DNA of 29,718 bases from Acidimicrobiales bacterium (GCA_047515615.1 JAKZWH010000024.1:1-29718); one strand, 5' to 3'; positions 19,112-28,219 are shown, counted from the first letter of the stretch. A program made the numbers and translations. Notes: a model not told the origin generated them from the sequence alone.

Positions 19112-20059
19112 GTGGAGTTGCTGCACGATCGGCGAGATCAACTGCCTCCCACGGTGTCGGTCGCGGCGACCATAGGTGTGTTCGACGGGGTGCACCTCGG
19201 CCATCGGCAGGTTCTGACCATGGTCCGCGAGACCGCCGATCGTCTCGGCGTCGGGTCGGCGGTCGTTACCTTCGACACCCATCCGGCCTATGTCGTGCGC
19301 CCGGAGAATGCCCCGAAGCTGCTCACGACGCTAGAGCAGAAGCTCGAACTGCTGGAGGCCACCGGCCTCGACTACTGCTACGTCATCCAGTTCGACCAGG
19401 CCCGGGCCGACACCCGGCCCGAGGAGTTCGTCGAGCAGGTGTTCCTCGACGCCCTCCACGCCCGGGCCGTGGTGGTGGGGGAGGACTTCCATTTCGGCAA
19501 GGGCCGCACCGGTAACGTGGCCGAGCTGGAGCTCCTAGGCCGCGAGTGGGGCTTCGAGGTGGTTCCCCTCAAGCTCATACGCCACCGCAGCGACGCCCGC
19601 GAGCCGGTGTCGTCGACTGTCGTGCGCAGGGCCCTCGCCGGCGGCGACGTGGCTCGGGCCGCGGCCATGCTGGGTCGCTGCTACGAAGTGCGCGGCACCG
19701 TGGTTCCCGGTGACCGGCGAGGGGTGACGGTCGGGTTCCCCACCGCCAACGTGCCCGTTCCCAAGTCCATGGCCTGGCCGGCCGACGCTGTTTACGCGGG
19801 ATGGTGCACGCTGCCGGACGGCAGCCGGCGGGGTTGCGCCATAAACATCGGTCGCCGCCCCACCTTCTACGAGCACGCTGAGCAGTCCCTCCTGGAGGTC
19901 CACGTCATCGACTTCGACGGGGACCTTTACGGGTGCGAGGTGCGAGTGGAGTTCGTCGACTTTCTGCGGAGCGAGCGAAAGTTCGCGGGGTTGGAGCAGC
20001 TCTCTGAGCAGCTCGCCGTCGATGTTTCCTACGCCCGCGGCCGGCTCGGGCTGGCCTAG
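19112..20059 (+). CDS. ribF: Bifunctional riboflavin kinase / FAD synthetase
   Basis: IGVFDGVHLGH, VGEDFHFG, VSSTVVR, VGFPTAN, NIGRRPTF, LEVHVIDFDGDLYG. SD GGAGG upstream of GTG. Confidence 0.97.
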   Translation: MELLHDRRDQLPPTVSVAATIGVFDGVHLGHRQVLTMVRETADRLGVGSAVVTFDTHPAYVVRPENAPKLLTTLEQKLELLEATGLDYCYVIQFDQARADTRPEEFVEQVFLDALHARAVVVGEDFHFGKGRTGNVAELELLGREWGFEVVPLKLIRHRSDAREPVSSTVVRRALAGGDVARAAAMLGRCYEVRGTVVPGDRRGVTVGFPTANVPVPKSMAWPADAVYAGWCTLPDGSRRGCAINIGRRPTFYEHAEQSLLEVHVIDFDGDLYGCEVRVEFVDFLRSERKFAGLEQLSEQLAVDVSYARGRLGLA

Positions 20060-20061
20060 CC

Positions 20062-22605
20062 TCAGCGGCTGAGCACCGCCTCTGCGAGACGATCGGACTC
20101 ACGGGCCCGCAGAGCGACGTTGATGTCGAGCCGCTCCAAGTGCTGGGCAACCTGCTTCGTCCCCTGGGGCAACGGGTGCGCGGCCATGAAGTCTCGCACC
20201 CGGGCGGCCAGCTCCGCCTGGTCGAGCGCGGTCACCCCCTCCAGCATCCGGGCCAGCGAGTAGTTGGTCGGGAAGATCGCGAGGAGACGGTCCCAGTGCT
20301 CAGCCAGGAAGTCCCACGCATCGGGTCCGCAGCGACGGTTGGCGAGGGCGCGGCGGATCAGGTAGGGGCCGTCCTGGGTGCGCACCGAGCCGTTGAGGGT
20401 GCCCTCCAGGATGGAGCGCACGAGTTCGGCGTCGGGAAAGTCGGCCAGGGCGGCGAGGTGGCGCTGCTCGGTCTGGGGATCCGACGCGTTCTCGAAGCGC
20501 CGGCGGATCCGGGCGAAGTCGGCGGCGTCTCCGTGGGCCGCCACTACGGCTAGGGCGGCCGCGGCCAGCGTGGGGTCCGGGTGGTCGAGCCTCTGCCGGC
20601 ACGCCTCGATCGTGGCCGGGCGGTCCGCAGTTGCGCCCCGCAGCCGCACCAGCGTCGCCCGCAGCTCCCCGGTGCGGTCGTCCTCGCCCCCCTCGGGCGC
20701 CGGGTCGATCCCGATGTCGGTCGCGGCGGGGTCGCTGGACGCGGCGACGAGCTCGCCGAAGCGCTGTGCGGCGTCGCCGTCCAGCAGCCTGCGGAGGTGG
20801 CCCAACGCACCGGCGATTGCCTGCCACACGGTGAGGTCTCGCTCGCCGGTGAAGCCAGTCAGCACAAGATCGAGGAAGGCCGGCGAGTCGAGGATTCCGG
20901 CCAGGGTCGCGGCCCAAGCGTCGTCGATGAGGCCGTGGCGCTCCTCGGCGTTGCGGTCCCCGGGTCCAGCGGCCGAGACGGCGGCGAGGACCTCGGCGCC
21001 CACCTCGTCGCGGTAGAAGCCGGAGGCGCGGCTGTTCAGCGTCACCACCTCGGTCGCGGCGACGGTCAAGGTCCGGCGGGTCTGGTCGAGCAGCAGCCTC
21101 AGCTCGTGCCGGTCGCCCTCGGGCTGCCGCACCCGCAGCCGCAACGGGACCACCCAGCTGCGTTCGTCGGCCTGACCGGGATCGAGGGTGAAGTGGCGCT
21201 GAGCCACTTCGAGGCCGTGCTCGGTGGCGGTGGCGCTCACCGCTGGATACCCGCCCTGGAGTATCCAGCCCTCCATGATCTGTCGCACGGGCTGGCCCGA
21301 CGCGTCGGCCAGCGCGTCCCACAGGTCCGCGGTCACGGTGTTGGCGTGGGCGTGCCGCCGCAGGTAGAGGCGCACCCCGGCCCGGAACGCCTCCGCATCG
21401 AGATACTGCTCCAGCATGCGGACCAGGGCCGCGCCCTTCTCGTAGGTGATCACGTCGAACATGTCCTCGGCCTCGGCGGGGGAGTGCACCGGGTACTCCA
21501 CCGCCCTGGTGCTGCCGAGGGCGTCGGTCGACAGCGCCGAGGCACGGCTGCGGCAGAACGTCGACCAGACCTTCCAGTCGGGCCGGTAGGCGTCGGTGCA
21601 GGCCGTCTCCATGAACGTGGCGAAGGCCTCGTTGAGCCAGATGCCCTCCCACCAGGCCATGGTCACAAGGTCGCCGAACCACATGTGGGCCAGCTCGTGG
21701 TTGATCACGTCGGCCACCATCTGCAGATCGGGCTGGCTCGCCGCGGTTTCGTCGACCAGCAGGAGCACTTCCCGGAAGGTCACGCAGCCGAGGTTCTCCA
21801 TGGCACCGAACGCGAAGTCGGGGATGGCCACCAGGTCGAGCTTGTCGGAGGGGTAGGGCAGGCCGTAGTAGTCGGAGTACCACTGCAGCGCGTGGGCGGC
21901 CACGTCGAGGGCGAAGCCGGTCTGGTCGCCCCGGCCGGGCCGGTGGATCACCCGCACGGGCACCCCGCCGCAGTCGATCGCGCCGGTGGCCTCCATCGGG
22001 CCGACCACGAAGGCCACCAGGTACGTGGACATCACCATGGTGGGGGCGAAGCTGACCCTCACCCGGCCGTCGGTGAGCGGCTCGCGGCCGGTCTCGGCCG
22101 TGTTGGACACCGCCAGGAGGCCCTCGTCCACCACCAGCGTTGTCGCGAAGGTGGCTTTCAGAGCGGGTTCGTCGAAGCAGGGGAAGGCCCGCCGGGCGTC
22201 GGTGGACTCGAACTGGGTGGTGGCGATGGTGTGGGTGTCGCCGGCGTCGTCGGTGTAGCTGGAGCGGTAGAAGCCGTGGAGCTGATCGTTGAGCACCCCG
22301 GTGAAGGAGATGTCCAGCCGGGCCGGCCCTGAGGCGAACTCACCGGTGCCATGGCGCCGGGACAGCGTCAGGCGCTCCGACTCCGCGTCGAGGGCGAAGT
22401 CGAGTTCTTCGGTCTCGTCCTGCGGGGTGCAGAGCCGAGCGCGGGCAACGCTCAGCTCCGCCGCGTTCAGCATGATCGAGCCCGCCGGCTCGGTGAGGAC
22501 GATGTCGATGGCGACGCTCCCCGCAAAGGTCGCAGCCTCGAGGTCAGGCTCCAGTTCGATGGCGTAGTGCCGGGGAGCGACGCCGGTGGGCAGTCTCGGA
22601 CTCAT
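20062..22605 (-). CDS. pepN: M1 family aminopeptidase (aminopeptidase N / puromycin-sensitive type)
   Basis: TQFESTDARRAFPCFDEP, GAMEN, HELAH-x18-E (WLNE), YEKGA, ERAP1-like C-terminal domain. Convergent with ribF across a 2-nt gap. Confidence 0.95.
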   Translation of the reverse strand: MSPRLPTGVAPRHYAIELEPDLEAATFAGSVAIDIVLTEPAGSIMLNAAELSVARARLCTPQDETEELDFALDAESERLTLSRRHGTGEFASGPARLDISFTGVLNDQLHGFYRSSYTDDAGDTHTIATTQFESTDARRAFPCFDEPALKATFATTLVVDEGLLAVSNTAETGREPLTDGRVRVSFAPTMVMSTYLVAFVVGPMEATGAIDCGGVPVRVIHRPGRGDQTGFALDVAAHALQWYSDYYGLPYPSDKLDLVAIPDFAFGAMENLGCVTFREVLLLVDETAASQPDLQMVADVINHELAHMWFGDLVTMAWWEGIWLNEAFATFMETACTDAYRPDWKVWSTFCRSRASALSTDALGSTRAVEYPVHSPAEAEDMFDVITYEKGAALVRMLEQYLDAEAFRAGVRLYLRRHAHANTVTADLWDALADASGQPVRQIMEGWILQGGYPAVSATATEHGLEVAQRHFTLDPGQADERSWVVPLRLRVRQPEGDRHELRLLLDQTRRTLTVAATEVVTLNSRASGFYRDEVGAEVLAAVSAAGPGDRNAEERHGLIDDAWAATLAGILDSPAFLDLVLTGFTGERDLTVWQAIAGALGHLRRLLDGDAAQRFGELVAASSDPAATDIGIDPAPEGGEDDRTGELRATLVRLRGATADRPATIEACRQRLDHPDPTLAAAALAVVAAHGDAADFARIRRRFENASDPQTEQRHLAALADFPDAELVRSILEGTLNGSVRTQDGPYLIRRALANRRCGPDAWDFLAEHWDRLLAIFPTNYSLARMLEGVTALDQAELAARVRDFMAAHPLPQGTKQVAQHLERLDINVALRARESDRLAEAVLSR

Positions 22606-22611
22606 GGCCCG

Positions 22612-22617
22612 ACCGTA
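22612..22617 (-). promoter_or_regulatory. -10 element (TACGGT) for leaderless pepN
   Basis: TANNNT 6 nt upstream of the pepN ATG on the minus strand, with no SD. Confidence 0.45.
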
Positions 22618-22635
22618 CTCGCGCCGTCGGCGGTG

Positions 22636-24090
22636 TCAGCCGCCTATGAGTTCGGAGCGCTGGGTCAGCGGCCAGTAGCGCCGGGGCAGCAAGTGCGCGC
22701 GGATTCGAGTGGCGATTGCGTCGGCTTCGTCGAGCAGCGCTGCCTCGTCCACGGTGAGCACTTCTCCGTCGTCCACCACCAGCGTGCCGTCCACCAGGAC
22801 GCTCTTGACGTCGGTGCCGGCGGCGTACCTGACGATTGATCCGATCGGATTGTGCCTGGGCGACAGCCGAAGGTTCTCGCCGTCGATGACGGTGATATCG
22901 GCGGCCTTGCCCACCTCGAGTGAACCGATCTCGTGGTCCCATAGCAGGGCTGTCGCTCCGTCGATGGTGGCCATGTCGAAGGCGTCCTCGGTGGTGAAGG
23001 CGATGGGGTCGTAGAGGGGTATGCCCGCTGCCTGGCCGTGCATCAAGAAGGCGATCCTCGCGACGGCCAGGATGTCGTTTATGACCGTGTCGCAACCGAG
23101 GCCGACGGTCACGCCCGCAGCCCGCATGCCCACCACGTCGGTGACGGCCGACACGATGTCGGTGCACACCACCGGCGCGTGGGTGAGCTTGGCGCCCGCA
23201 TCGGCCAGCAGCCTGACCTCTCGGGCTGTAGTGAGCATGGCGTGAATGGCCAGGAAGCGGGGCCCGAGCACGCCGATGTGGCTCAGGTGCTCGAGCGGGC
23301 GGCGCCCGAAGAGCGACACGCACAGCTCGATCTCCTCGCGATCGCGGTTGATGTGGGTCATCATCGCGGTGTCGTGGCGCTCGGCCAGCTCCCGGGCCGC
23401 TTCGAACATCTCGTCGCTGACCGACGGCACGCTCGGCGCATGGATGTAGGGGCGCACCCGGCCACCGCCCCGCGTCGCCCAGCGGGTGAGGAAGTCGTCG
23501 ATGTGGGCGATGTTGGCGGCCCGCACGGCCGGGTCGTCGCGGTACTCCGAGCGGCCCTCGATCTGCTCGTAATTGCTGGCCAGGCGGGAGGTGCGATCGC
23601 GCTGCCCCACTGCCAGCGCACAGCGGATGCCCATCTCCAGGGCGGTCTCGCCCACTGCGTTCTCGTGCTCGGGCGTGCCGGTGGTGTCGGTGGTGGTGGT
23701 GACGCCGGCTCGAAGCAGGTTGGCCATGGTCACCCGTGCGCTGGTCCTGATCCCGTCGTCGCCGAGCACGTCTTCGGCCGGGATGTAGACGCGGGTGATG
23801 TTGGGCAGGTCCTCGAAGGCCATGCCCCGCACCAGCGCTTGGGCCATGTGGTTGTGCGAGTCGATCAGTCCTGGGATCACCAAGTCCCTGGGCCCTCCCA
23901 GGCGCCGCCAGCCTGTGTAGGCCGCCTCGACCTCGGCTCTCGGTCCGATGGCCACGATCCTCGAGCCCGTGATCGCCACGGCGCCGTCGAGGAACACCCT
24001 GCGCTCGGGATCGACAGTCACCACGGTGCCGGTGGCCACGAAGTCTGCGGTCTGGGCTCTGCGATCTGGGGCGTCGACAGCTTCGGTCAT
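22636..24090 (-). CDS. Metal-dependent amidohydrolase of the MtaD/TrzA/AtzA-like deaminase group
   Basis: PGLIDSHNHMAQ (HxH), THINR, AIHA, LGCD, ATIDGATAL, GSLEVGKAADI, VLVDGTLVV. Substrate cannot be assigned. Confidence 0.9.
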   Translation of the reverse strand: MTEAVDAPDRRAQTADFVATGTVVTVDPERRVFLDGAVAITGSRIVAIGPRAEVEAAYTGWRRLGGPRDLVIPGLIDSHNHMAQALVRGMAFEDLPNITRVYIPAEDVLGDDGIRTSARVTMANLLRAGVTTTTDTTGTPEHENAVGETALEMGIRCALAVGQRDRTSRLASNYEQIEGRSEYRDDPAVRAANIAHIDDFLTRWATRGGGRVRPYIHAPSVPSVSDEMFEAARELAERHDTAMMTHINRDREEIELCVSLFGRRPLEHLSHIGVLGPRFLAIHAMLTTAREVRLLADAGAKLTHAPVVCTDIVSAVTDVVGMRAAGVTVGLGCDTVINDILAVARIAFLMHGQAAGIPLYDPIAFTTEDAFDMATIDGATALLWDHEIGSLEVGKAADITVIDGENLRLSPRHNPIGSIVRYAAGTDVKSVLVDGTLVVDDGEVLTVDEAALLDEADAIATRIRAHLLPRRYWPLTQRSELIGG

Positions 24091-24142
24091 TTTTCAGTCC
24101 TCTCGGTGGCGCGTCGTGGTCAGGCGACGGTCCTGGCAGCGC

Positions 24143-24170
24143 GGGGCCTCCCGGCTCGCCCGGAGGCCCC
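24143..24170. terminator. Strong hairpin between the binding-protein and amidohydrolase genes
   Basis: ggggcctcc(c)gg pairs with ccggaggcccc, an 11-bp stem with a one-base bulge, 12 nt after the binding-protein stop. Confidence 0.5.
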
Positions 24171-24182
24171 AGGATGTCAGCC

Positions 24183-25469
24183 CTAGAAGCCGATGCTGTC
24201 GTCGATGAACTCGTTAGTGACGATGTCGCTGGGCTGCATCGAGTCGTCGACATCGAAGCCGGCCGCCAGGATCTTGGCGATGACTTCAGCGATCCGGCTC
24301 TCGTCCATATTGCCCACGGTTCCGTCGGGCCCGTTGCCGATCAGGCCGAGGTCCTTCTGGGCCTGGACGGAGAACTCGGCGAGCTCCGGCGGGTACTGCC
24401 AGAAGCTGTCGATGGTGACCACCGCGTCGACGATGATGGCGTTGGCCCTGGCTGGGTCGGCCGCGAAATCCACCACTGATTGCTGGACGATGGGCACGAA
24501 GCGCTGCAGACAGGGGCGCAGCGTGTCCAGGTCGGCCTTGCGGATCGCAAGCGTCTGGGAGTAGATCCGCAGCCCGGCGTCGTGGATCAGCTCGAAAGCG
24601 ATGGGCTTGGCCCACTCTTCGTAGACGGTCTCGTAGCTGTAGGGGGACTCCGACGCGAATCCCTGCTGCGCGATAGCCCCGCCCTCGGTGATGAACCGGG
24701 ACGGCGAGCCGTTGTATGACGGGTCGATCTGGTCGGCCGAGAGCATGCCCTCGTTGACGAACACGTCGATGAAGGTGCCTCCCGAGAACACGTTGACCAA
24801 AATCTCGGCCTCGCCGATGTCGGCGATCGACTGGATCTCCGGGTAGTACTCGGGATCCCATTGGATGATCTGCGGGTTCTTCTCCAGCGGCGCCATCACT
24901 GACAGGGTCGGCGTGTCGGCGCCCAGAATTACCGCCTCGTCGGTGCTCACGTAGGCGAGGACGAGCTCCTCGTCGAGGTACATCTGGGCCGAGCCGGACG
25001 CGAACCCGATAGCCGGACCCCCGGCTCGGATCTCGATGTCGATCCCCGTGTCGGTGTCGCCGGCCATGAGGCTTCCGGTCGTGGTTTGGTTGCCGGCGTC
25101 GATGGTGTAGTTAGCACCGACCATCTGGTAGAGGGCACCGTGCTCAGACTCGGGGAACCAGTCGGTCTGGATGACCAGAGGATCGGGGCACACACCCGCC
25201 AGGTTCATGGAGTCCGAGGCCATCTCGGCATCGTCGGTCTCGGCCGGAGCCTCTGTGGTTTCAGGTCCCGCGGCTGGTTCGGGCTCGGCGGCCGGTTCGG
25301 GTTCGGCGGCTGGTTCGGGTTCGGCGGCTGGTTCGGGGGCTGCGGTCTCGGCCGGAGCCTCGGCAACCGCTGCGCCGCCATCCTCGGTATCGTCGTCGCC
25401 GCATGCTGCTGCGATCAGAGCCAACACTGACAGGGCGCAAAGTGCGCGAGCCCATGACTTCGTCTTCAT
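24183..25469 (-). CDS. Lipoprotein ABC-type substrate-binding protein, NMT1/THI5-like
   Basis: Lipoprotein signal ending LIAAA-C, acidic Pro/Ala linker, QTDWFPESEHG, IRAGGP, QQGFASESPY, TNEFID. Family assigned by motif resemblance. Confidence 0.75.
   Translation of the reverse strand: MKTKSWARALCALSVLALIAAACGDDDTEDGGAAVAEAPAETAAPEPAAEPEPAAEPEPAAEPEPAAGPETTEAPAETDDAEMASDSMNLAGVCPDPLVIQTDWFPESEHGALYQMVGANYTIDAGNQTTTGSLMAGDTDTGIDIEIRAGGPAIGFASGSAQMYLDEELVLAYVSTDEAVILGADTPTLSVMAPLEKNPQIIQWDPEYYPEIQSIADIGEAEILVNVFSGGTFIDVFVNEGMLSADQIDPSYNGSPSRFITEGGAIAQQGFASESPYSYETVYEEWAKPIAFELIHDAGLRIYSQTLAIRKADLDTLRPCLQRFVPIVQQSVVDFAADPARANAIIVDAVVTIDSFWQYPPELAEFSVQAQKDLGLIGNGPDGTVGNMDESRIAEVIAKILAAGFDVDDSMQPSDIVTNEFIDDSIGF
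25270..25341 (-). repeat. 18-nt in-frame tandem repeat (EPEPAA, ~4 copies) in the lipoprotein linker
   Basis: gcggc(t/c)ggttcggg(c/t)tcg units start at 25270, 25288, 25306 and 25324. Flanked by the 19-mer cggtctcggccggagcctc at 25235-25253 and 25343-25361. Confidence 0.9.
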
Positions 25470-25495
25470 TTTCTCTCCTCCAGGTAGTGGTCTTG

Positions 25496-25537
25496 AATGT
25501 TGATCTAACCTATATAAGTCTTGATACCATCAACATT
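25496..25537. promoter_or_regulatory. Divergent promoter region with a 9-bp inverted repeat, candidate operator
   Basis: aatgttgat (25496-25504) and atcaacatt (25529-25537) form a perfect inverted repeat around a 24-nt AT-rich spacer. Confidence 0.55.
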
Positions 25538-25580
25538 GGCCCGGCGCAAGCTGGGATGAATCCTCAGCCGGACCAAGCCC

Positions 25581-26219
25581 GTGACTTCTGAGAACATTGT
25601 CGGCAACACTGCGGGAGCGAGGCTCGACTCTCAAGTCGACGATGCGGAGCGAATTCAACGGCTCGGAGCGAAGATCCGGGTCCTGCGCAAGGAGCGCGGC
25701 CTCACGCTGAAGGTTCTGGCCCAATTGAGCGGCCTGTCGCATCCCTTCCTTTCGCAGGTGGAGCGGGGACTGGCCCGACCGTCCATGAGCTCGCTGCACC
25801 AGATTTCCGAGGCGCTCGGGACCAATGCCTCCTGGTTGCTCGCCGGATCGGAGAACACCCGAGAAGCAACCGTGGTCCGGGCAGCCGACACCGCGGCGGT
25901 GCCGGCCAGCGAACTAGGCGAAATGGACGGGGTGCGGCGGGTGGTCGCGCCCGAGGCCAGCCCCTTCCAAGTGGTCGAGTTCAGCGGCGCGCCTGACTCG
26001 TTCCGGGAGTACTGGGTCCACGACGGCTTCGAGACGATCTATGTCATCTCGGGGATCGTGGAGGTCGACCTGGACGGAAAGGTCTTCCAGCTGGAGCCCA
26101 GCGATTCGATCTCCTATGACACCCGCCAGCCGCACCGGCTGCGGGCGGCGACGGAAGAGAAGGTCAAGCTGCTGATGATCGAGGCCTCGCCCGGATTCAC
26201 CAACGTTCGGCTCCGATAG
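25581..26219 (+). CDS. XRE-family HTH regulator with C-terminal cupin sensor domain
   Basis: LGAKIRVLRKERGLTLKVLAQLSGLSHPFLSQVERGLARPSMSSL (HTH_3), then HDGFETIYVISG and GDSI-like SDSISYD...PHRL. Confidence 0.92.
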   Translation: MTSENIVGNTAGARLDSQVDDAERIQRLGAKIRVLRKERGLTLKVLAQLSGLSHPFLSQVERGLARPSMSSLHQISEALGTNASWLLAGSENTREATVVRAADTAAVPASELGEMDGVRRVVAPEASPFQVVEFSGAPDSFREYWVHDGFETIYVISGIVEVDLDGKVFQLEPSDSISYDTRQPHRLRAATEEKVKLLMIEASPGFTNVRLR

Positions 26220-26230
26220 TCTGCGACCTT

Positions 26231-27295
26231 GTGCCTGGTGCTCGAACTGAGGGTAGGAGCCCAGCAATCGAGGCTCGGGGGCTGGTTCGCACCTTCGGCA
26301 GCAACCGGGCGGTGGACGGAGTCGACCTAGCAGTCGACTCCGGCGAGATCTATGGATTTCTCGGTCCCAACGGCGCTGGCAAGAGCACCACGGTGCGGAT
26401 GCTGTGCACCCTGTTGAAGCCCACCGCGGGGCGGGCCTCGGTGGCCGGCTACGACATCGTTGCCCATCCTGGAGCGGTTCGCATTCGCATCGGCGTCGCG
26501 CTGCAGGAAGCGGCGCTCGACGAACGCCAAACCGGCCGGGAGATACTGGATCTTCAAGCCCGCCTGTACGGGTTGAGCGCGGCCGACCGCGCCGCTTCCA
26601 TCGCACGGGCAGTGGACCTCGCGGATATCGGCGACGCCATGGATGCCCGTGTCAAGACCTACAGCGGCGGCATGAGACGCCGCCTCGACCTGGCCGCCTC
26701 GCTGATACACGGGCCCGAAGTTCTCTTCCTGGACGAGCCCACCACCGGCCTCGATCCGGTCAGCCGGGCGCAGGTGTGGGACGAGGTGCGCCGGTTGAAC
26801 GGGGAGCTGGGGGTGACGGTGTTTCTCACCACGCAGTATCTCGAGGAGGCCGATGCCCTGGCGGACCGGGTGGCCATCATCGACGACGGCCGCATCGTCG
26901 AGCAGGGCTCTCCCTCGGAGCTGAAGCGGGCTGTGGGCGCCGACGTGATCGTCGTCGACCTTCCCCCCGATGCCATTGTGCCGGCTGCGGCGGTGGCTGA
27001 GACCGTGCCGGAGGTCGATGCCGTCACCCAGGGCCGCCGCGGCATCACCATCGCCACCGCCGACGGCGCGGCCACCGTCGGCATTGTGGCCGTGGCTCTG
27101 TCGTCGGCAGGATTGCACCCGCAATCGTTCACCGTGCGCACGCCATCGCTCGACGATGTGTTCTTGCTGGCGACCGGACACCGGATGCCAGCCGCCGACT
27201 CAGCTGGCCAGGGTGTTGGCGCTGCGGCCGGATCGGACCGTCGGCAGGCGCACGCCTCTGCGCCTGCGACACCGCACCGGAGTGGTCGGCGGTGA
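26231..27295 (+). CDS. ABC exporter ATP-binding subunit, DrrA type
   Basis: Walker A GPNGAGKST, signature YSGGMRRR, Walker B LFLDEPTTGLD, LTTQYLEEAD, PSLDDVFL. Confidence 0.95.
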   Translation: MPGARTEGRSPAIEARGLVRTFGSNRAVDGVDLAVDSGEIYGFLGPNGAGKSTTVRMLCTLLKPTAGRASVAGYDIVAHPGAVRIRIGVALQEAALDERQTGREILDLQARLYGLSAADRAASIARAVDLADIGDAMDARVKTYSGGMRRRLDLAASLIHGPEVLFLDEPTTGLDPVSRAQVWDEVRRLNGELGVTVFLTTQYLEEADALADRVAIIDDGRIVEQGSPSELKRAVGADVIVVDLPPDAIVPAAAVAETVPEVDAVTQGRRGITIATADGAATVGIVAVALSSAGLHPQSFTVRTPSLDDVFLLATGHRMPAADSAGQGVGAAAGSDRRQAHASAPATPHRSGRR

Positions 27296-28104
27296 GTGCG
27301 CAGACGGCCGTGCCCGCGGCGCCCGGTGGCGGCATGGTCCGGCCGGTCGGCATCGTCACCGACATCGCCACGGTGGCCCGCCGCTCCGTGCGCAGCCTGC
27401 TGCGCGAGCCGGAGGCGATGGCCCCGGCGCTGATCATCCCGACGTTCTTCTTCGTCGTCAACATCGGCGCGCTGGAGTCGTTCGTGGAGCGAACGCCCGG
27501 CATCGACTACCGGGCGTTCCAGATACCTGTCGCCATTATTTTCGCGGTCACGGGCATCTCCCGGGCGTCGGTGCTGGTCATCGACATCCAGACCGGCTAC
27601 CTCGACCGGATGCTCGTCACGCCGGTGCGCCGCACCACGCTGCTGCTCGGCTTGATGGTCGCCGACATTGTTCTGGCCGTGGCGTTGTCGCTCGTCGTGA
27701 TCGCCATGGGGTTCGTCTTCGGCGTGCGTTTCGGAACCGGACTGCCGGGGATCCTGGTTTTCCTGGTCTTGGCGGTGGCGTGGAGTATCTCGTTCACGGG
27801 ATTTCCGTACACGGTGGCCCTGCGCACTGGGAACCCGGCCGCGGTCAACTCGTCTTTCCTGATCTTCTTCCCGTTCGCCTTCCTGACGCCCGCGTACCTG
27901 CCGCGCGAGCTGATGACCGGCTGGATGCAGACCGTGGCCGCCTGGAACCCGGTGACTTACCTGCTCGAGGCGATGCGGTCGCTGATGTCCGACGGCTGGG
28001 ACGTGGCCTCTCTCGGCAAGGGAGTTGCCGCCATCGCCGGACTGGGTGCCGTCACGTTTGTGATGGCATTCCGGTCCCTGGCTCGCCGGGTGGCGACCGG
28101 CTGA
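27292..28104 (+). CDS. ABC-2 type exporter permease, DrrB type
   Basis: About six TM segments, DIQTGYLDRMLVTPVRR, WMQTVAAWNPVTYLLEAMR. GTGA overlap with the ATPase gene. Confidence 0.93.
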   Translation: MSAQTAVPAAPGGGMVRPVGIVTDIATVARRSVRSLLREPEAMAPALIIPTFFFVVNIGALESFVERTPGIDYRAFQIPVAIIFAVTGISRASVLVIDIQTGYLDRMLVTPVRRTTLLLGLMVADIVLAVALSLVVIAMGFVFGVRFGTGLPGILVFLVLAVAWSISFTGFPYTVALRTGNPAAVNSSFLIFFPFAFLTPAYLPRELMTGWMQTVAAWNPVTYLLEAMRSLMSDGWDVASLGKGVAAIAGLGAVTFVMAFRSLARRVATG

Positions 28105-28219
28105 GAGGCCGTGCGGATAGTCCGCAGCTCACGGGTCTTCGCAAGGTTCTGAGCGAGGCCGTGGCCCGAGCGGCCCGTGAGCGCAGCGAACAAGAGCGGG
28201 AAACAAGACGCCGTGCGGG
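28099..28219 (+). repeat. Dispersed intergenic element, copy 2
   Basis: Core 28155-28202 is identical to 11394-11441. It begins ggctgagaggccg at the permease stop, as copy 1 does at the rseP stop. Confidence 0.9.

Noticed and set aside
26231-28104. DrrAB-type ABC pair as the importer for the THI5-like binding protein
   Set aside because: The permease is ABC-2 exporter type with no EAA loop, and the pair seems to have its own promoter.
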